Source: an uncultured Bacteroidota bacterium
GTDB lineage: Bacteria; Bacteroidota; Bacteroidia; UBA4408
NCBI GenBank assembly: GCA_903831265.1
Contig: CAIKXD010000028.1
Coordinates: forward strand, 9,414 to 73,413
Length of the DNA: 64,000 nucleotides
Direction of reading: 5' to 3'
The translations under genes were made by a program, and so were the position numbers. Of the stretch, positions 61,182-64,000 are shown piece by piece; positions within the stretch are counted from its first letter, which is position 1, and each line of letters opens with the position of its first letter. The notes beneath the pieces are model-generated. The model was not told the DNA's origin and did not search any database. It worked only from the letters and a program-made list of their open reading frames with translations.

Positions 61182-61568
61182 ATTGCAAAACTAATAAAGA
61201 CTTGCAATATAGACTAAATTTGGTTTAAATAAGCCTTAAGCTTAGAGCAAAAAAGCCCAAATGCCCATTCCAATAAGTAAAATCCTTAATCCAACAAAAA
61301 GATCTATCATTTGATGTACAAAATACTTGCGGATATTTTTGTTGAAAGACCAATTGAATTTACCTTTGCTTTTTACGCGATAAATTTGTTGCGTGTTGGA
61401 GTTAAAATAGTGCAATGAGTTTAACATGATTTCTATTTTTATTTGATGACAAATTTAAACAGGTGTTATTAGTGGATAATTAAGGATGTGTTAAGGATTT
61501 GTTTAATTTGAGATTTTAAATAAATATCTTTTGATCTAATTATTTACTTTTACAGAAAATAAAAACAA

Positions 61569-62015
61569 ATGAAAAAAAACTTTATAGCTATTATAGCGCT
61601 TGGTTTAAGCCTATCTAATGATGTTTTAGCACAAAGTAATCATGAAGAAATATTACCTCCGGCAGAAAAGCCTGCAGTTGTAGAACAAGAAAAAGATGTA
61701 CCGTTTGTTTTAGTAGAGCAAATGCCCAAATTTCCGGGGGGCGAAAATGCTATGTTCAAATATATTAGCGATAATATTGTGTATCCAAAAGCTGCGCAAA
61801 AATCTGGTATTGCTGGCACAGTTTACATTTTTTTTATTATTGATAAAAAAGGGAATGTTACTAGCACCGAAGTAAGGAGAGGTGTGAAAGGCGGTGAAGA
61901 GTTAAATGCTGAAGCTTTAAGAGTGATTAAGGAAATGCCTCAATGGGAACCAGGATATCAAAATGGCAAACCTGTGAGCGTGCAGTTGACAGTTCCCATT
62001 AAATTTACCTTATAG
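61569..62015 (+). CDS. Secreted TonB C-terminal domain protein (energy transducer TonB family)
   Basis: Signal peptide, then a TonB_C fold (VEQMPKFPGGENAMFKYISDNIVYPKAAQKSGIAGTVYIFFIIDKKGNVTSTEVRRGV...). It is 148 aa, with no Pro-rich spacer or N-terminal anchor. Confidence 0.8.
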   Translation: MKKNFIAIIALGLSLSNDVLAQSNHEEILPPAEKPAVVEQEKDVPFVLVEQMPKFPGGENAMFKYISDNIVYPKAAQKSGIAGTVYIFFIIDKKGNVTSTEVRRGVKGGEELNAEALRVIKEMPQWEPGYQNGKPVSVQLTVPIKFTL

Positions 62016-62035
62016 GATTTACAATTACACAAATA

Positions 62036-62497
62036 ATGAAAAACATTTTTTTAGTGGTCGCCATACTTTTAGGAAGCCGAATTTCAATAGCACAAACACA
62101 AGATTCGGAGCAACTTATACAAGCGCCAAAAGCTGTTGAAGAATCTCCTCAAGAGGAAACTTTTGTGATTGTGGAAAAAATGCCAGAGTTTCCGGGTGGA
62201 CAAGCGGCATTAATGCACTATTTAAACAGTAAAATAAAATATCCCGAAGAATGCCGTAAAATGGGTGTTGAAGGAAAAGTGTTTGTAAAATTTATTGTGG
62301 ACGCCACAGGCAATATAATCAATGTTCAAGTATTGCGTGGTGTTGTAGATGGAAAATTACTTGAAAAAGAAGCGATAAGAGTGGTTGAGTCAATGCCAAA
62401 TTGGAAACCAGGAACACAAGGAGGAAAAGCTGTAAGCGTATATTTTACGTTGCCTATTTCGTTTAAATTAGATGCCGTTTCAGAAGAAAATAAGTAA
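62036..62497 (+). CDS. Secreted TonB C-terminal domain protein, tandem paralog
   Basis: It has the same architecture as the upstream gene (VEKMPEFPGGQAALMHYLNSKIKYPEECRKMGVEGKVFVKFIVDATGNIINVQVLRGV...). Confidence 0.8.
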   Translation: MKNIFLVVAILLGSRISIAQTQDSEQLIQAPKAVEESPQEETFVIVEKMPEFPGGQAALMHYLNSKIKYPEECRKMGVEGKVFVKFIVDATGNIINVQVLRGVVDGKLLEKEAIRVVESMPNWKPGTQGGKAVSVYFTLPISFKLDAVSEENK

Positions 62498-62516
62498 TCA
62501 GTTTTACATACTATAA

Positions 62517-63380
62517 TTGAAATTTAATTCCTTTTCATTTTTATTTTTCTTGATTAGCATTACACTCTTAAGTGCATGCTATGGCAAGTTTACCATGAAC
62601 AACAAGGAGCTTAAAGCCTATTACAAAACGCATCAACCAACTCCTAATTTTTTACAATATGATACACTAGGTCATGCTGTTTTTTATGCGCATGCAGGCG
62701 CTAAAGAATTACCCTTATTGTTATTTATACATGGTGCTCCAGGCCGATGGTATGGCTACATCGACTATTTAAGCGATAGCACTTTATTAAAAAACTTTCA
62801 AATGATTTCTATAGACCGAGCTGGCTATGGCAACTCTACTAAAGGAGGTACAGTAACATCTATTGCGCAACAAGCATTACTCTTACAACCTATTATTGAC
62901 AAATACAGCAAGGTGCCTATTATAATTATTGGACGCAGTTACGGTGGCCCAATTGCTTCGTATTTAGCAGCATTAAACAAAGTAAAAGTAAAAGCACTTT
63001 TGCTTATTTCAAACGCTGCCGATCCCAAGTTAGAAAAGTTTTGGTGGTTTTCGAAACCGGTACAAAGTAGCCTTGGAAAATTACTATTTAAAAAGCCAAT
63101 TAATGTATCAAGCGATGAAAAATTTGCGCATCAAAAAGAACTTGAAAAAATGACACCGTTGTGGAAGGAAATTATTCAGCCTACAATTATTTTACAGGGT
63201 GGAAAAGATTACATCATTTATCCCCAAAACGGAAAATATACTGATAGTGTTTTAGTGAATGCACCGCATCAATATATATTTCTTCCTAACAATGGACATT
63301 TAATCTCAAACGAGCAGCCCTCGCTGGTAAAAAATTGCTTGTTTGATTTGATAAATCAAGTATGTATTTCTCCTAACTAA
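62517..63380 (+). CDS. Alpha/beta hydrolase fold lipoprotein
   Basis: The lipobox is LSAC. There is an HG oxyanion motif (LLFIHGAPG) and a nucleophile elbow GRSYGG. The protein is 287 aa. Confidence 0.75.
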   Translation: MKFNSFSFLFFLISITLLSACYGKFTMNNKELKAYYKTHQPTPNFLQYDTLGHAVFYAHAGAKELPLLLFIHGAPGRWYGYIDYLSDSTLLKNFQMISIDRAGYGNSTKGGTVTSIAQQALLLQPIIDKYSKVPIIIIGRSYGGPIASYLAALNKVKVKALLLISNAADPKLEKFWWFSKPVQSSLGKLLFKKPINVSSDEKFAHQKELEKMTPLWKEIIQPTIILQGGKDYIIYPQNGKYTDSVLVNAPHQYIFLPNNGHLISNEQPSLVKNCLFDLINQVCISPN

Positions 63381-63450
63381 AAGCACAGAAATCGATTTGG
63401 CTCTAAACTATTAGCCCTTATTTTTGTTTGCAAATTATACTTTATAAAAA

Positions 63451-64000
63451 TTGAACGCTACGCCCATCATTCAAACCACACAGTTAAGTAAACAATTCGA
63501 CAAGTTTACAGCGGTAAATAAGTTAGATTTAACTATATACCAAGGCGATGTATATGGCTTTTTAGGACCAAATGGCGCAGGCAAAAGCACCACCATAAGA
63601 ATGTTGATGAGCTTAATATTTCCGAGTGCTGGCAGTATTTCCATTTTTGGTAAAGAATTAAAAGATAATCGTGAACATATTTTAAGTCGTATTGGCGCTA
63701 TTATTGAAAAGCCCGATTTTTATAATTACCTCACTGCGCTTCAAAATTTAGAAATGCTAAACAAGTTGCAATCTGCCCGATTAAGCAAAGATAAATTGTA
63801 TGAAATATTAGAGCTTGTTGGATTAAAAGGGAGAGAAAAAAGCAAGGTAAAAACATTTTCGCAAGGGATGAAACAACGCTTAGGTTTTGCGCAAGCCTTG
63901 ATGCATAATCCTGATTTAATTATTTTAGATGAGCCCACCAATGGACTTGATCCACAAGGCGTAAAAGATGTGCGCGATTTAATTTTAAAGCTCAACAAAG
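63451..64000 (+). CDS. ABC transporter ATP-binding protein (3' end runs off the window)
   Basis: The Walker A motif is GPNGAGKST, the Q-loop, signature (FSQGMKQRLGFAQAL) and Walker B (LIILDEPT) are present. The start is probably a TTG at 63451, after the in-frame stop at 63445. The minus-strand ORF 63741..63998 is antisense noise. Confidence 0.85.
   Translation, partial: MNATPIIQTTQLSKQFDKFTAVNKLDLTIYQGDVYGFLGPNGAGKSTTIRMLMSLIFPSAGSISIFGKELKDNREHILSRIGAIIEKPDFYNYLTALQNLEMLNKLQSARLSKDKLYEILELVGLKGREKSKVKTFSQGMKQRLGFAQALMHNPDLIILDEPTNGLDPQGVKDVRDLILKLNK

Noticed and set aside
61242-61427. A 61-aa minus-strand ORF in the coaX-TonB-C intergenic region
   Set aside because: It is hydrophobic at its C-terminus only. 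There is no conserved motif and no coupling to neighbours. The region is more plausibly the divergent promoter region. It cannot be excluded as a small protein, but it is unsupported.
63741-63998. An 85-aa minus-strand ORF at the window end
   Set aside because: The plus strand here encodes a clear ABC ATPase (Walker A, signature, Walker B). The minus ORF is antisense noise.

Overview
This is a low-GC Bacteroidota-type chromosomal window. Several proteins end in the C-terminal sorting domain of the type IX secretion system (T9SS), there is a gliding-motility-type CorC/HlyC protein, signal peptides end in ...AQ/SC, and a candidate -7 box resembling the Bacteroidota TAnnTTTG consensus lies upstream of the PIG-L deacetylase gene. 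Recognisable housekeeping genes are: the lysS 3' end, a GT51 transglycosylase-domain protein, purK/purE, a GT2 dolichyl-phosphate-mannose-synthase-like transferase, RlpA-like, M1 aminopeptidase N, PhoH/PIN ATPase, mfd, mutS, adenine deaminase, gamma-carbonic-anhydrase-like, CorC/HlyC (GldE-like), coaX, two tandem TonB-C proteins, an alpha/beta hydrolase and an ABC ATPase whose 3' end runs off the window.

The most unusual part is a ~20 kb accessory locus (2.5-22.3 kb). It holds two divergently oriented paralogous modules. Each has a ~1018-aa TonB-dependent receptor (N-terminal CarboxypepD_reg-like domain plus plug) and a paralogous 555/558-aa secreted protein from a family I cannot name. There are also four T9SS cargo proteins (1285, 457, 367 and 368 aa) that share a conserved, unrecognised ~270-aa N-terminal domain. 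A FISUMP (TIGR02145) lipoprotein, an ArsR-like regulator and a PIG-L/LmbE deacetylase sit among them. No SusD homolog is present. I read this as a candidate undescribed TonB-dependent-receptor-centred surface capture/uptake system that uses T9SS-anchored cargo in place of SusD-type lipoproteins.

Other notable content:
- A photolyase/cryptochrome island carrying a class-I-like photolyase, TspO, DUF2071, an unannotated DUF2256 micro-ORF, an Fe-S (6-4)-type photolyase and Cry-DASH.
- An ECF sigma/anti-sigma pair followed by a PKD lipoprotein and a SprB-repeat T9SS adhesin.
- A GC-rich structured element of about 80 nt present in two copies (22.3 kb and 48.8 kb), each just downstream of a plus-strand gene.

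No CRISPR array, rRNA, tRNA or obvious mobile element was found.
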